Shown piece by piece: positions 1 to 8,762 of a DNA stretch of 64,000 nt. The stretch's first letter is position 1, and each line of letters opens with the position of its first letter. The notes below the pieces were generated by a model that was not told the DNA's origin, did not search any database, and worked only from the letters and a program-made list of their open reading frames with translations. Where the stretch lies: the NCBI GenBank assembly GCA_937942875.1, contig CALEBT010000044.1, positions 1,677 through 65,676 on the forward strand. Direction: 5' to 3'. The position numbers were made by a program, and so were the translations under genes. Source of the stretch: an uncultured Ignavibacterium sp. GTDB taxonomy: Bacteria > Bacteroidota > Ignavibacteria > Ignavibacteriales > Ignavibacteriaceae.

Positions 1-275
1 GCCCGGGCATTACCTTGTATTAGTGCAGCCACAGTTCCTGATTGAACTTCATCACCATCTTTAGAAAATTTTTGGAAGGATATTTTTTTGTCTAATAAGT
101 GAAAAACTCTTTCAGCAACATCTAATCCACAAATAATTCCTTCAGATTTTACTAAAAAGATAGCTTCGGCTTTTTTTGATTTTGGAATAGTAAAATTGGT
201 TGTTATATCTCCAGAGCCAACATCTTCATTCAATGCAATTCTTAAAATAGTATCAGAATCTTTATTCCATTTCAT
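1..275 (-). CDS. nadC: Nicotinate-nucleotide diphosphorylase (quinolinate phosphoribosyltransferase), 5' part; runs off the window edge
   Basis: Not in the ORF track. Manual translation from ATG at 275 gives MKWNKDSDTILRIALNEDVGSGDITT..., the typical NadC N-terminal 'ALxED...GDITT' motif. ATGA overlap with the upstream thioesterase stop. Confidence 0.85.
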   Translation of the reverse strand, partial: MKWNKDSDTILRIALNEDVGSGDITTNFTIPKSKKAEAIFLVKSEGIICGLDVAERVFHLLDKKISFQKFSKDGDEVQSGTVAALIQGNAR

Positions 276-685
276 AGTTTGTAAAATTTTTCAATTGCAT
301 CAATAAAAAATTTGGGAGCGCGAGTTGGCCTCATAGTTTTTGAATTCATAAACGCCAGCTCAACATATCCTTTTACAATTTCTTTATTTCTCTCTAACGA
401 TTTGACAACGTGATCTATATGAACTTTTACTTTTGGAAATTCTGGAACAATTGTTTGAATTTCTAAAAGCTCATCATAAAAAGCCGGTGACAGATAAGTT
501 ATCTTTGTTTCTATTACCGGCATAAGAAAACCACTATTTTCAATATCTTTATATGGAAGTCCTATTTCACGCATCATTTCTGTTCTTCCAACTTCAAAGT
601 ATTCAAAGTACTTGCCGTTATAAACATATTTCATCTGATCAGTATCAGCATAACGAACACGAACAGTAGTTTTAAATATCATCAT
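272..685 (-). CDS. YbgC/FadM-family acyl-CoA thioesterase
   Basis: RVRYADTDQM..VYNGKYFEYFE.GR hot-dog fold motif. Confidence 0.85.
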   Translation of the reverse strand: MMIFKTTVRVRYADTDQMKYVYNGKYFEYFEVGRTEMMREIGLPYKDIENSGFLMPVIETKITYLSPAFYDELLEIQTIVPEFPKVKVHIDHVVKSLERNKEIVKGYVELAFMNSKTMRPTRAPKFFIDAIEKFYKL

Positions 686-702
686 TTTAATAAAGTTAGT
701 AT

Positions 703-1122
703 TTATTTGTTCAAAAGATAATCAGACATTTTTCCTAATTCTTTTATATCAAGATTATTGTATGCCGGCATAATCATCTTCGGATATTTTTCTTTATATT
801 CTTTGAATCTTGATTGCTCCATAAATGAATTAGGATTTCTCAGATAGCTAATAAGCATATCTCTGTCTTTCCAGTATTTCTTCAAATTTTCAAGAGCAGG
901 TCCCATAGGAGTGCCTTCCAGAGAGGCACCATGACAGTTTAGACAACCGTGTTTACTCATCAGATCATATCCGGAAAGTTCTGAACTAACTTCCTGATTG
1001 ATCATTGGAGAATTATTCATAACAATCGGAAGATTATCTGGTTTTTTGGTAGCTTTTTGTAAAATGAAAAGAGCAATAAATACTAACAAGAAAGTGGAGA
1101 CCCAGATCTGTGGTTTTGTCAT
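703..1122 (-). CDS. Membrane-anchored monoheme c-type cytochrome
   Basis: N-terminal hydrophobic helix, CLNCH heme motif, GP.L, distal MP. Confidence 0.8.
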   Translation of the reverse strand: MTKPQIWVSTFLLVFIALFILQKATKKPDNLPIVMNNSPMINQEVSSELSGYDLMSKHGCLNCHGASLEGTPMGPALENLKKYWKDRDMLISYLRNPNSFMEQSRFKEYKEKYPKMIMPAYNNLDIKELGKMSDYLLNK

Positions 1123-1146
1123 TTAGTATCCTGAATTAGTTTTTAG

Positions 1147-1887
1147 TTATTCTATTTGAAAAGACGCAGTAACAACACCGACAATTTCTTTTTCTATCGA
1201 ACTTAAATCGTTGATTCCATAATCAGAAACAGCATTTGAAAATTTAGGAGTTATTTGTAAAACTCCCATTCTGGCACTCCTCATCGGACCAAGTTCTCTA
1301 TCGGTAGCTTCAGCAATTTTTTGAGCCCTCACCATAGCATCCTTAGCTGCCTCTGCCTGAATTTCAATTTTCAATTCAGCCAATTTTGTGTAATGATATT
1401 CCGGTGGTTCTACAGAAAAATTGACACCCTGTTCAATTATTGAAGAAATATCTAAAGATAATTTTTTTATTTTATTTACATCATTGGATGAAATTTCAAT
1501 TCTCTGATTGTAAACATATCCAGATATCCTACCTGTAGAAACTCCACTTGCTGAGATTTCATAAATCGGATAACTGTTAATTGTATATAATTCAACTTTA
1601 TCATTAGGGAATCCATTTTTATCAAGATACCTCAACAAAGTTTTTCTCTGATTTTCAAGTTCTTTGAAAGCAAGTTCAGGAGAAGAATAAGTTACAGAGA
1701 TCGTTCCCCTCAAAATTCCGAAATCAGAAATAATTTCTTTCTTGGCAGATCCAGTTACTGTAATTGTTTGATTAGAGCTTTGGTTGGATTTCCAGGCTGC
1801 TGTAAAAATCAAAACGCCTATTATTAAGCTAACTCCAATTACTATAAATCCATAAAAATTATTTTTTTGCTCCATTTTAATATCCAA
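1147..1887 (-). CDS. SIMPL domain (DUF541) protein
   Basis: N-terminal TM, ITVTGSA, 'EAAKDAM.RAQKIAEA...LG' SIMPL signature. Confidence 0.8.
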   Translation of the reverse strand: MDIKMEQKNNFYGFIVIGVSLIIGVLIFTAAWKSNQSSNQTITVTGSAKKEIISDFGILRGTISVTYSSPELAFKELENQRKTLLRYLDKNGFPNDKVELYTINSYPIYEISASGVSTGRISGYVYNQRIEISSNDVNKIKKLSLDISSIIEQGVNFSVEPPEYHYTKLAELKIEIQAEAAKDAMVRAQKIAEATDRELGPMRSARMGVLQITPKFSNAVSDYGINDLSSIEKEIVGVVTASFQIE

Positions 1888-1991
1888 TTTTTATTTAATT
1901 TGGAAATAAACATATCAAAAAAGAGAAATTTAAACAACTTATTTTGAACTATCTATTATTAAAATAAATTAAATAAAGAAAAAGGGATTAA

Positions 1992-4094
1992 ATGTCTAAA
2001 AAAACTAATAGACTTATAAAAGAGAAAAGTCAATATTTACTTCAACACGCATATAATCCAGTTGATTGGTATCCGTGGGGTGATGAAGCATTTGAAAAAG
2101 CTAAAGCCGAAGATAAACCAATTTTTCTATCCATAGGATATTCTACCTGCCACTGGTGTCACGTAATGGAAAAAGAATCTTTTGAGGATGAACAAGTCGC
2201 AGAATTGATGAATGACGCTTTTATATCTATTAAAGTTGATAGAGAAGAGCGGCCAGATATTGATGGTATTTATATGAAAGTTTGTCAAATGATTACCGGT
2301 GGCGGCGGTTGGCCTCTTACAGTGATAATGACCCCTGATAAAAAACCATTTTTTGCCGGGACTTATTTTCCTAAAAGGCAAAGATTCAACAGAATAGGAA
2401 TGATGGAGTTAATTCCTAAAATCAATGAATTCTGGCAGACTAAAAAAGATGAGATTTTGCAAAGTGCTGATGAAATAACAAAAAGTCTGAATCAAATTTC
2501 AAATAGAAAAGTCGAAGGGAAAATAAATCCTGAAATAATTGACGTAGCATATAAGCAATTTGAAAAACGGTTTGACAAAATTTATGGCGGATTTGGTGAA
2601 GCTCCAAAATTTCCAAGCCCTCACAATTTAATTTTCCTGATGAGATATAATAATCTTACTCATACTCTTAATCTTACTCTTTCTCCCAATCAATCCTACT
2701 CTCTCCAAATGGTTGAAAAGACTTTAACTGCAATGCGACTTGGTGGAATATACGATCATATTGGATTTGGATTTTGCAGATATTCAACTGATCGCTTTTG
2801 GTTAGTCCCTCACTTTGAGAAAATGAATTATGATCAGGCAATGCTTTTAATGGCTTATACAGAAGCATATCAAATAACAAGGAATCAGTTGTTCAAACAA
2901 ACTGTCGAAGAAATTATTGATTATGTTTCAAGAGTATTGACCTCAGAAAATGGTGGTTTCTTTTCTGCAGAGGATGCAGACAGTGAAGGTGAGGAAGGCA
3001 AATTCTATCTCTGGACTAAAAGAGAAATAGAAGAACTTCTGCCAAAGGATTTTTTTGAATATTTTATTCAAATATTCAATGTTGAAAGTGGTGGTAACTT
3101 TTACGATGAAGCAAAAGGGATCCGCACTGGGAAAAATATTCTTCATTTGAAAAAATCATTAAAAGAAATTTCAGCAGAATTAAATCTGAATTATGAAATC
3201 GTTTTGAAGAAAGTCGAAGAGTGCAGAAGAATACTTTTTAATAAAAGAGAAAAAAGAATTCATCCATTAAGAGATGAGAAAATCCTCACAGACTGGAATT
3301 CATTGATGATTTCTGCTTTAGTTAAAGCATATTTAGTTTTTAACGATGAAGCATATCTGCTAAGAGCTGAAAATTCTTACAAATTCATTAAAAGTAATCT
3401 CTGGAATGGTGAAAAATTGTTTCATCGTTTCAAAGATGGAGAAGTAAAATTCGATGGAAATCTCGATGACTATTCTTTTTTAATTCAGGCAAATCTTGAT
3501 TTATTTGAAGCTACTTCTGAAGCAAAATATTTGAAATTTGCAATTGAATTAAATCTAATTCTTAAAGAGAAGTTTTGGGATAGTGAAGTTGGTGGTTATT
3601 TCTTCACAGGTTCTGATTCTGAAGAGTTAATATCCCGACAGAAAGAGCTTTACGACGGAGCAATTCCATCAGGAAATTCAGTCCAATTATTAAATCTGAT
3701 TAGACTCTCAAGAATCACCAATCATTTTAGCATTAACGATTTTATTGAAAAGCAAATTGATTTCTTTTCCGGTGAGGTTCAACGTTATCCGGCTGGATAT
3801 TCATATTTTTTAACAGCTTATAATAATTACTCTTCTCCTTCGGTAGAAATAATCATCAGTGGTAATGAGTCAAAAGTTAAAGAAGCAAAACAAGAAATAC
3901 TCAAATATTACATACCAAATAAAACTGTAATTACTATCACAAAATCAAATCAGGATGAGTTGATTGAATTGCTGCCTCATTTGAAAGATTATAAAACAGA
4001 AGATGAGTTGAAGATTTTTGTGTGCAATAATTTTGTTTGCAATAATCCGGTTAATAATGTTGAAGAAGCATTTAGGATCTTGAGAATAGAATAA
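1992..4094 (+). CDS. YyaL/SPATA20-like thioredoxin-domain (DUF255) protein
   Basis: NRL..EKS.YLLQHA.NPVDW, CHWCHVM, GGWPL, PHFEKM motifs. Confidence 0.9.
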   Translation: MSKKTNRLIKEKSQYLLQHAYNPVDWYPWGDEAFEKAKAEDKPIFLSIGYSTCHWCHVMEKESFEDEQVAELMNDAFISIKVDREERPDIDGIYMKVCQMITGGGGWPLTVIMTPDKKPFFAGTYFPKRQRFNRIGMMELIPKINEFWQTKKDEILQSADEITKSLNQISNRKVEGKINPEIIDVAYKQFEKRFDKIYGGFGEAPKFPSPHNLIFLMRYNNLTHTLNLTLSPNQSYSLQMVEKTLTAMRLGGIYDHIGFGFCRYSTDRFWLVPHFEKMNYDQAMLLMAYTEAYQITRNQLFKQTVEEIIDYVSRVLTSENGGFFSAEDADSEGEEGKFYLWTKREIEELLPKDFFEYFIQIFNVESGGNFYDEAKGIRTGKNILHLKKSLKEISAELNLNYEIVLKKVEECRRILFNKREKRIHPLRDEKILTDWNSLMISALVKAYLVFNDEAYLLRAENSYKFIKSNLWNGEKLFHRFKDGEVKFDGNLDDYSFLIQANLDLFEATSEAKYLKFAIELNLILKEKFWDSEVGGYFFTGSDSEELISRQKELYDGAIPSGNSVQLLNLIRLSRITNHFSINDFIEKQIDFFSGEVQRYPAGYSYFLTAYNNYSSPSVEIIISGNESKVKEAKQEILKYYIPNKTVITITKSNQDELIELLPHLKDYKTEDELKIFVCNNFVCNNPVNNVEEAFRILRIE
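2652..2681 (+). repeat. Five in-frame tandem hexamers (AATCTT ACTCAT ACTCTT AATCTT ACTCTT) inside YyaL
   Basis: Direct reading; encodes [10 protein letters not shown]. Confidence 0.7.
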
Positions 4095-4111
4095 CAAAGC
4101 ATTTGATTTAT

Positions 4112-4141
4112 TGTAGAGACGGGGCATGCTGCGTTTCTACA
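4112..4141. repeat. GTAG-type REP-like imperfect palindrome between convergent genes
   Basis: TGTAGAGACG-GGGCATGCTG-CGTTTCTACA; GTAG at both ends, central GCATGC. Confidence 0.7.
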
Positions 4142-4160
4142 TATATATACAAATTAAATA

Positions 4161-4868
4161 TTAAATCTTATCTAACAAGAAAAAATCATTTTCTGACTTT
4201 TTATTCGTCATCAAGAAATTCTTGCTTGTATAATTACATAGCTTTTCAATTGGACAAATCGAACATTTCGGATTTGTTGGTAAACACAATTCCCTTCCCA
4301 ATCTCAACAAATTTGTATGCAATGAATGTCCGGAATCTTCTGGAATGAAGTCTTTGATAGCATAATAAGTTTTTTCAGGTGTATTTGTTTTTGTAATACC
4401 AACTCTGTTCAAAATTCTGTGGACGTGAGTATCAACTGGACATACATTTCGATGCATTGAAAAAAGTAAAACACAACTTGCAGTTTTAACTCCTATACCT
4501 TTAAACTTTGTTAGCTCTTCAATCATAGAATCATTATCATATTTTGATAAGTAGCTAAGAGAAACTCTGCCTTGAGATTTTTTAAGCTCATTGATTAGAG
4601 ATTTTATTGCCTCAGCTTTTTGTTTTCCTAAACCAGCAACTTTGATAATTTTTTCTAATGAAGATATATTAATGCTCAAAATCTCGTCCCAAGATTTGAT
4701 TTTCGATTTAAGATTTTTGTAAGCCTTGTATGAGTTCTTATCGTTAGTATTTTGGCTTAAAATTGTTCCAATTAAAATATCCAGTGAATTTGGCTTTGTT
4801 TTTTTTCTTTTCGGAATGCCAAAATATTCTATCAGTAAGCTATTTATTTCGGATAATTTTTCTTTCAA
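4161..4868 (-). CDS. nth: Endonuclease III (HhH-GPD glycosylase with 4Fe-4S cluster)
   Basis: ILSQNT, GIG.KTA, PVDTHV.R, C..P.P.C..CP....C cluster motif. Confidence 0.85.
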   Translation of the reverse strand: MKEKLSEINSLLIEYFGIPKRKKTKPNSLDILIGTILSQNTNDKNSYKAYKNLKSKIKSWDEILSINISSLEKIIKVAGLGKQKAEAIKSLINELKKSQGRVSLSYLSKYDNDSMIEELTKFKGIGVKTASCVLLFSMHRNVCPVDTHVHRILNRVGITKTNTPEKTYYAIKDFIPEDSGHSLHTNLLRLGRELCLPTNPKCSICPIEKLCNYTSKNFLMTNKKSENDFFLLDKI

Positions 4869-4874
4869 GAAATA

Positions 4875-5591
4875 TCAGTCAAAAAAATTACAGATAGAAA
4901 GCTCTACTTTTTCCTCTGAATAAAATGGTTCGCCATAATGTTTATGAATATGAAATCCATAAAATTCTGCACGTGCTTTTAAGTAAGATAAAAACTCGGG
5001 ACGACTGATAAAGGTTTGAGGTTCAGTGCTTTTAGGATTATAGAACTGCGATGCATAACATTCAATTGCTTTGAATTTTTGTTCAAAAGTTTCAGAAATA
5101 TCAATAATAAAAGTCGGTTCAAAAGTATAAGTCTGCATATAAAAATATACTTTTTTTGGTCTATGTGAATGCTGAGGAACTTCTTTATCGAAAGTTTTAA
5201 TCTTATCTAAACCTGAATTAAAAATTGCTCTTTTAATTAAAGCATTAGCATCGTTATGGTCGGGATGCCTGTCGTGATGATAAGGTGCAAAAATTATTTT
5301 TGGCTTATACTTTCTAATCGAAATAATAACCTTTGTCATATTTTCTTTATTTATTTTGATATCTCCATCAGGAATTTCCAGATTTTCCCTTAAAGCAACC
5401 TTAAGCAGAATTGCCGCATTGAAAGCCTCTCGTTGTCTTAACTCAGGGTTTCCTCGAGTACCAAGTTCTCCCCTTGTCAAATCTATCATACCAACTTTAA
5501 AGTTGTTTTTAGTAAGAAGTGCTATAGTACCACCCATAGATAATTCGGCATCATCGGGATGAGCCGAAAAGACAAGAACATCAAGATTCAT
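4875..5591 (-). CDS. bshB1: Bacillithiol biosynthesis deacetylase (PIG-L family)
   Basis: AHPDDAEL, DLTRGELGTRG, DRHPDH motifs. Confidence 0.85.
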   Translation of the reverse strand: MNLDVLVFSAHPDDAELSMGGTIALLTKNNFKVGMIDLTRGELGTRGNPELRQREAFNAAILLKVALRENLEIPDGDIKINKENMTKVIISIRKYKPKIIFAPYHHDRHPDHNDANALIKRAIFNSGLDKIKTFDKEVPQHSHRPKKVYFYMQTYTFEPTFIIDISETFEQKFKAIECYASQFYNPKSTEPQTFISRPEFLSYLKARAEFYGFHIHKHYGEPFYSEEKVELSICNFFD

Positions 5592-5626
5592 TTAGTATCC
5601 TTCAACAAAATTTGAAAACTTTTTAG

Positions 5627-5634
5627 CAAATCTA
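5627..5634 (-). promoter_or_regulatory. Putative TAnnTTTG promoter box upstream of bshB1
   Basis: Minus strand reads TAGATTTG, matching the Bacteroidota -7 consensus TAnnTTTG, 35 nt before the start. Confidence 0.45.
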
Positions 5635-5796
5635 AAGTCAATCATTTTAGATAAAAAATGCTTTCTAAAATCAATTTTTATCTTATTTAATTGTTGAAAT
5701 ATTCAATCACTAATTTTTATTAAAAAGTTTTGCCATTAAAAAATTATAAATTATCTTAGTTTCAAAAGGATAAATTATAACTAAAAGGAGAGAAAA

Positions 5797-7632
5797 ATGG
5801 CAGAATTACACGAATCAATTACTACTATTCCCCGCCTTTATAAATACCTTACTGAAACACTTGCAAATCAAACTACCAAACCCTTGATGAAACATAAAGT
5901 TGAAGGGAAATATACTCCAATCTCTTACGAAGAATTTAAAGAACATACTGATAGTCTTGCTTATGGGTTAGCTTCCCTTGGAGTTAAAGCTGAGGATAGA
6001 GTTGCTATTATTTCAGAAAACAGACCGGAGTGGGTTTATAGTGATATGGCTATTCTTTCTCTCGGAGCAATTGATGTTCCGCTTTATCCTTCATTAACTG
6101 CTGAGTCTGTAGAATTTATTATGAATAACTCCGAATCTAAAGGAATAATTGTTTCAAATAAATTTCAGTTGAATAAGTTCATTAAGATTAAAGATAAATG
6201 TAAGACAATTGAGTTCATTATAATTCTTAATGAAAAAGATTTTAACCCTGATTTGAAAAATCTTTTCACATTCAAACAAGTTCAGGAGTTAGGGAAAAAA
6301 TATCGAAAAGAAAATCCTGATCTTCTCAAGGATAGTATCGAAAAAGTAAAACCAACTGATATTTGCACTATAATTTATACCTCTGGAACAACTGGTGAAC
6401 CAAAAGGTGTGGTTCTAACTCACAATAATATTCTCTCTAATGTAAGAGCTGCTCTTCAATGTTTCCCAATTACTAAAGATGATGTATTCTTATCATTCCT
6501 TCCTTTATGCCATATATTTGAAAGAATGGCTGGTTATTATACTGCTTTCTCTTCTGGTGGGACAATCTGTTATGCAGAAAGTATTGAAACAGTAGCTCAG
6601 AACCTGATTGAAATTAAACCCACAATAATGACTACAGTACCAAGATTGTTCGAGAGAATTCATTCTAAGATTATTAAAAACGTTGAGTCTCAGCCCGAAA
6701 AGAAACAAAAGATTTTCAATTGGGCAATCGAAATAGGTAAACAATACGCAAAAGCTAAAAAACAGAAAAAGGTTTCTTTAGCTCTTGCCGCTAAACATAA
6801 AATCGCTGACAAACTCGTATTCGGGAAATTAAGAGAAAGAACCGGTGGAAGATTAAGATTTTTTATTTCAGGCGGCGCAGCACTCTCTAAAGATTTGGGC
6901 GAATTTTTCGAAGCAGTTGGAATACTAATAATCGAGGGTTATGGATTAACCGAATCTTCACCGGTTATTGCAGCAAACAGAGTAGATGATTACAAATTCG
7001 GTACTGTTGGAAAACCTTTCCCGGGCGTTGAAGTAAAAATTGCACCTGACGGTGAAATTCTTGCAAAAGGACCAAACATAATGCAAGGCTATTATAAAAA
7101 TCCAAAAGAAACTGAAGCAACAATTAAAGATGGCTGGCTTTACACCGGTGATATAGGTGAATTTGATTCTGAAGGTTTCTTAAAAATTACAGACAGGAAG
7201 AAACATCTTTTCAAAACATCTGCCGGTAAATATATTGCTCCAACTCCGATTGAGAATCTTTTCCTTGCATCAAAATATATTGACCAGTTTGTTCTTATTG
7301 GTGATAGAAGAATGTTCCTTACTGCATTGATTGTCCCAGATTTTGAAGCATTGAAAGAGTATGCAGATGCAAATAATATTAAATATACTAACGAAATTGA
7401 TTTGACTAAAGATGAAAGAATCTATAAACTTCTAGATGTTGAATTGAATCAAATGCAAAGAACTTTAGCTAACTATGAAAGAGTCAGAAAGTTTGCTCTG
7501 CTCGATAGACCTTTTACAATCGAGACAGGAGAAATAACTCCAAGTATGAAAATCCGTAGAAAGTACATTGAGGAAAGATACGGCGAACTTATTGAAAAGA
7601 TGTATGAAAGTTTAGAGAAGAAAAGTGAGTGA
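5797..7632 (+). CDS. Long-chain fatty acid--CoA ligase (AMP-dependent synthetase)
   Basis: YTSGTTGEPKG, EGYGLTE, TGDIG, DRKK motifs; AGGAG SD. Confidence 0.9.
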   Translation: MAELHESITTIPRLYKYLTETLANQTTKPLMKHKVEGKYTPISYEEFKEHTDSLAYGLASLGVKAEDRVAIISENRPEWVYSDMAILSLGAIDVPLYPSLTAESVEFIMNNSESKGIIVSNKFQLNKFIKIKDKCKTIEFIIILNEKDFNPDLKNLFTFKQVQELGKKYRKENPDLLKDSIEKVKPTDICTIIYTSGTTGEPKGVVLTHNNILSNVRAALQCFPITKDDVFLSFLPLCHIFERMAGYYTAFSSGGTICYAESIETVAQNLIEIKPTIMTTVPRLFERIHSKIIKNVESQPEKKQKIFNWAIEIGKQYAKAKKQKKVSLALAAKHKIADKLVFGKLRERTGGRLRFFISGGAALSKDLGEFFEAVGILIIEGYGLTESSPVIAANRVDDYKFGTVGKPFPGVEVKIAPDGEILAKGPNIMQGYYKNPKETEATIKDGWLYTGDIGEFDSEGFLKITDRKKHLFKTSAGKYIAPTPIENLFLASKYIDQFVLIGDRRMFLTALIVPDFEALKEYADANNIKYTNEIDLTKDERIYKLLDVELNQMQRTLANYERVRKFALLDRPFTIETGEITPSMKIRRKYIEERYGELIEKMYESLEKKSE

Positions 7633-7695
7633 ATTCAGGTTCAGGTTCAAGACTTTTATGCTGATTCTAAAGATTCACTAAAGTTCATAAAAATT

Positions 7696-7748
7696 GCCAC
7701 AAAGACACTAAGGCACAATGTTTCTTTGTGACTTTGTGTCTTAGTGGC
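7696..7748. repeat. Inverted array of ~8-nt CAC(A/T)AAG-type repeats forming a long hairpin; possible bidirectional terminator
   Basis: GCCACAAAGACACTAAGGCACAA...TTGTGACTTTGTGTCTTAGTGGC between convergent fadD and suhB. Confidence 0.7.
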
Positions 7749-7789
7749 TGATAAATTTTTTAACTGAACCTATTTCTACAGAGTTTTAC

Positions 7790-8557
7790 TTAATTTTCTC
7801 TTAGTATTGAAATCATTTTCTTATGAATTATTCCGTTAGAAGCTAGAATAGTTTTATTAAAAATATCAATTGGTTGACCAATAAAATCTGTAACCATACC
7901 ACCAGCTTCTTCGACCAATAATTTACCAGCACAAATATCCCAGGGATTTAAATGCACTTCCCAGAATCCATCAAAAACACCTTCGGCAACATAACAAAAA
8001 TCTATAGCAGCAGAGCCTAATCTTCTTACAGCACGGGCTGATTTTGTCATTGCTATAAATTTTTCAAAAGCATTTTCGGGATTTTCATTTATATTGTATG
8101 GAAATCCGGTCACCAGGAAACTCTTTTCAATTATTGAATTTTTACTAACAGATATTCTAACATTATCTCTGAATGCACCACTTCCCTTTTCAGCAGAGTA
8201 AAGTTTATCTCTCATAATATCATAAACTACACCAGCAACAATTTCTCTCTTAAACTGCAATCCAATTGAAACTGAGAAAATCGGGAGTCCGTGTGCGAAA
8301 TTTGAAGTACCATCAAGTGGATCAATAACCCACAGATAATCTGATTCCTTACTTTGTGAACCGCTTTCTTCGGCAAGTATTCCGTGTAAGGGATATTTTT
8401 TCTTTATGAACTCAATAATTGCTTTTTCAGATTCTTTATCTGCCTGAGTAACTAAATTCTTTACATCAGACTTGAATTCTACTGAAAAATTTTTACCGAA
8501 ATAACCACGAATTATTTCGCCTGCAGTCTGTGCAATATATTTTATATCTTCGATCAT
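7790..8557 (-). CDS. suhB: Inositol monophosphatase family protein
   Basis: WVIDPLDGTSNF, RRLGSAA, WDICAG motifs. Confidence 0.85.
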   Translation of the reverse strand: MIEDIKYIAQTAGEIIRGYFGKNFSVEFKSDVKNLVTQADKESEKAIIEFIKKKYPLHGILAEESGSQSKESDYLWVIDPLDGTSNFAHGLPIFSVSIGLQFKREIVAGVVYDIMRDKLYSAEKGSGAFRDNVRISVSKNSIIEKSFLVTGFPYNINENPENAFEKFIAMTKSARAVRRLGSAAIDFCYVAEGVFDGFWEVHLNPWDICAGKLLVEEAGGMVTDFIGQPIDIFNKTILASNGIIHKKMISILREN

Positions 8558-8597
8558 ATTAGCCCGTAGAAATTATGAAATTATTAATTTGTCTTAG

Positions 8598-8605
8598 CAA
8601 ATTTA
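8598..8605 (-). promoter_or_regulatory. Putative TAnnTTTG promoter box upstream of suhB
   Basis: Minus strand reads TAAATTTG 40 nt before the start. Confidence 0.45.
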
Positions 8606-8705
8606 ATGATTGAAACCTTAAGAGATATTTTGTCTGAGAATTATAAAATAACCTCATCTGCCATTTAGAAATCCAAATGAATTCCACAACCATCTTTTTC
8701 ATTCC

Positions 8706-8734
8706 TTGATAGCTCGAAGCAAATTGGATATATT
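8706..8734 (+). promoter_or_regulatory. Putative sigma70 promoter for lon-msrC-dnaX
   Basis: TTGATA-N17-TATATT. Confidence 0.55.
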
Positions 8735-8762
8735 AGAGCATTAAAAAAGGATTATTGATATA

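Noticed and set aside
4140-4150. (AT)n microsatellite
   Set aside because: Short, intergenic between convergent genes, and expected at this AT content.
4103-4348. 81-aa plus-strand ORF with CRDGACCVST
   Set aside because: It is a translation of the REP-like palindrome plus nth antisense.
1120-5601. Identical 13-mer AGGATACTAAATG at the starts of the cytochrome c gene and bshB1
   Set aside because: Explained by SD plus spacer plus ATG in AT-rich DNA; two copies are not enough to call a regulatory motif.
7634-7771. Possible CRISPR array
   Set aside because: Repeat units are 6-10 nt without unique spacers, and no cas genes are present.
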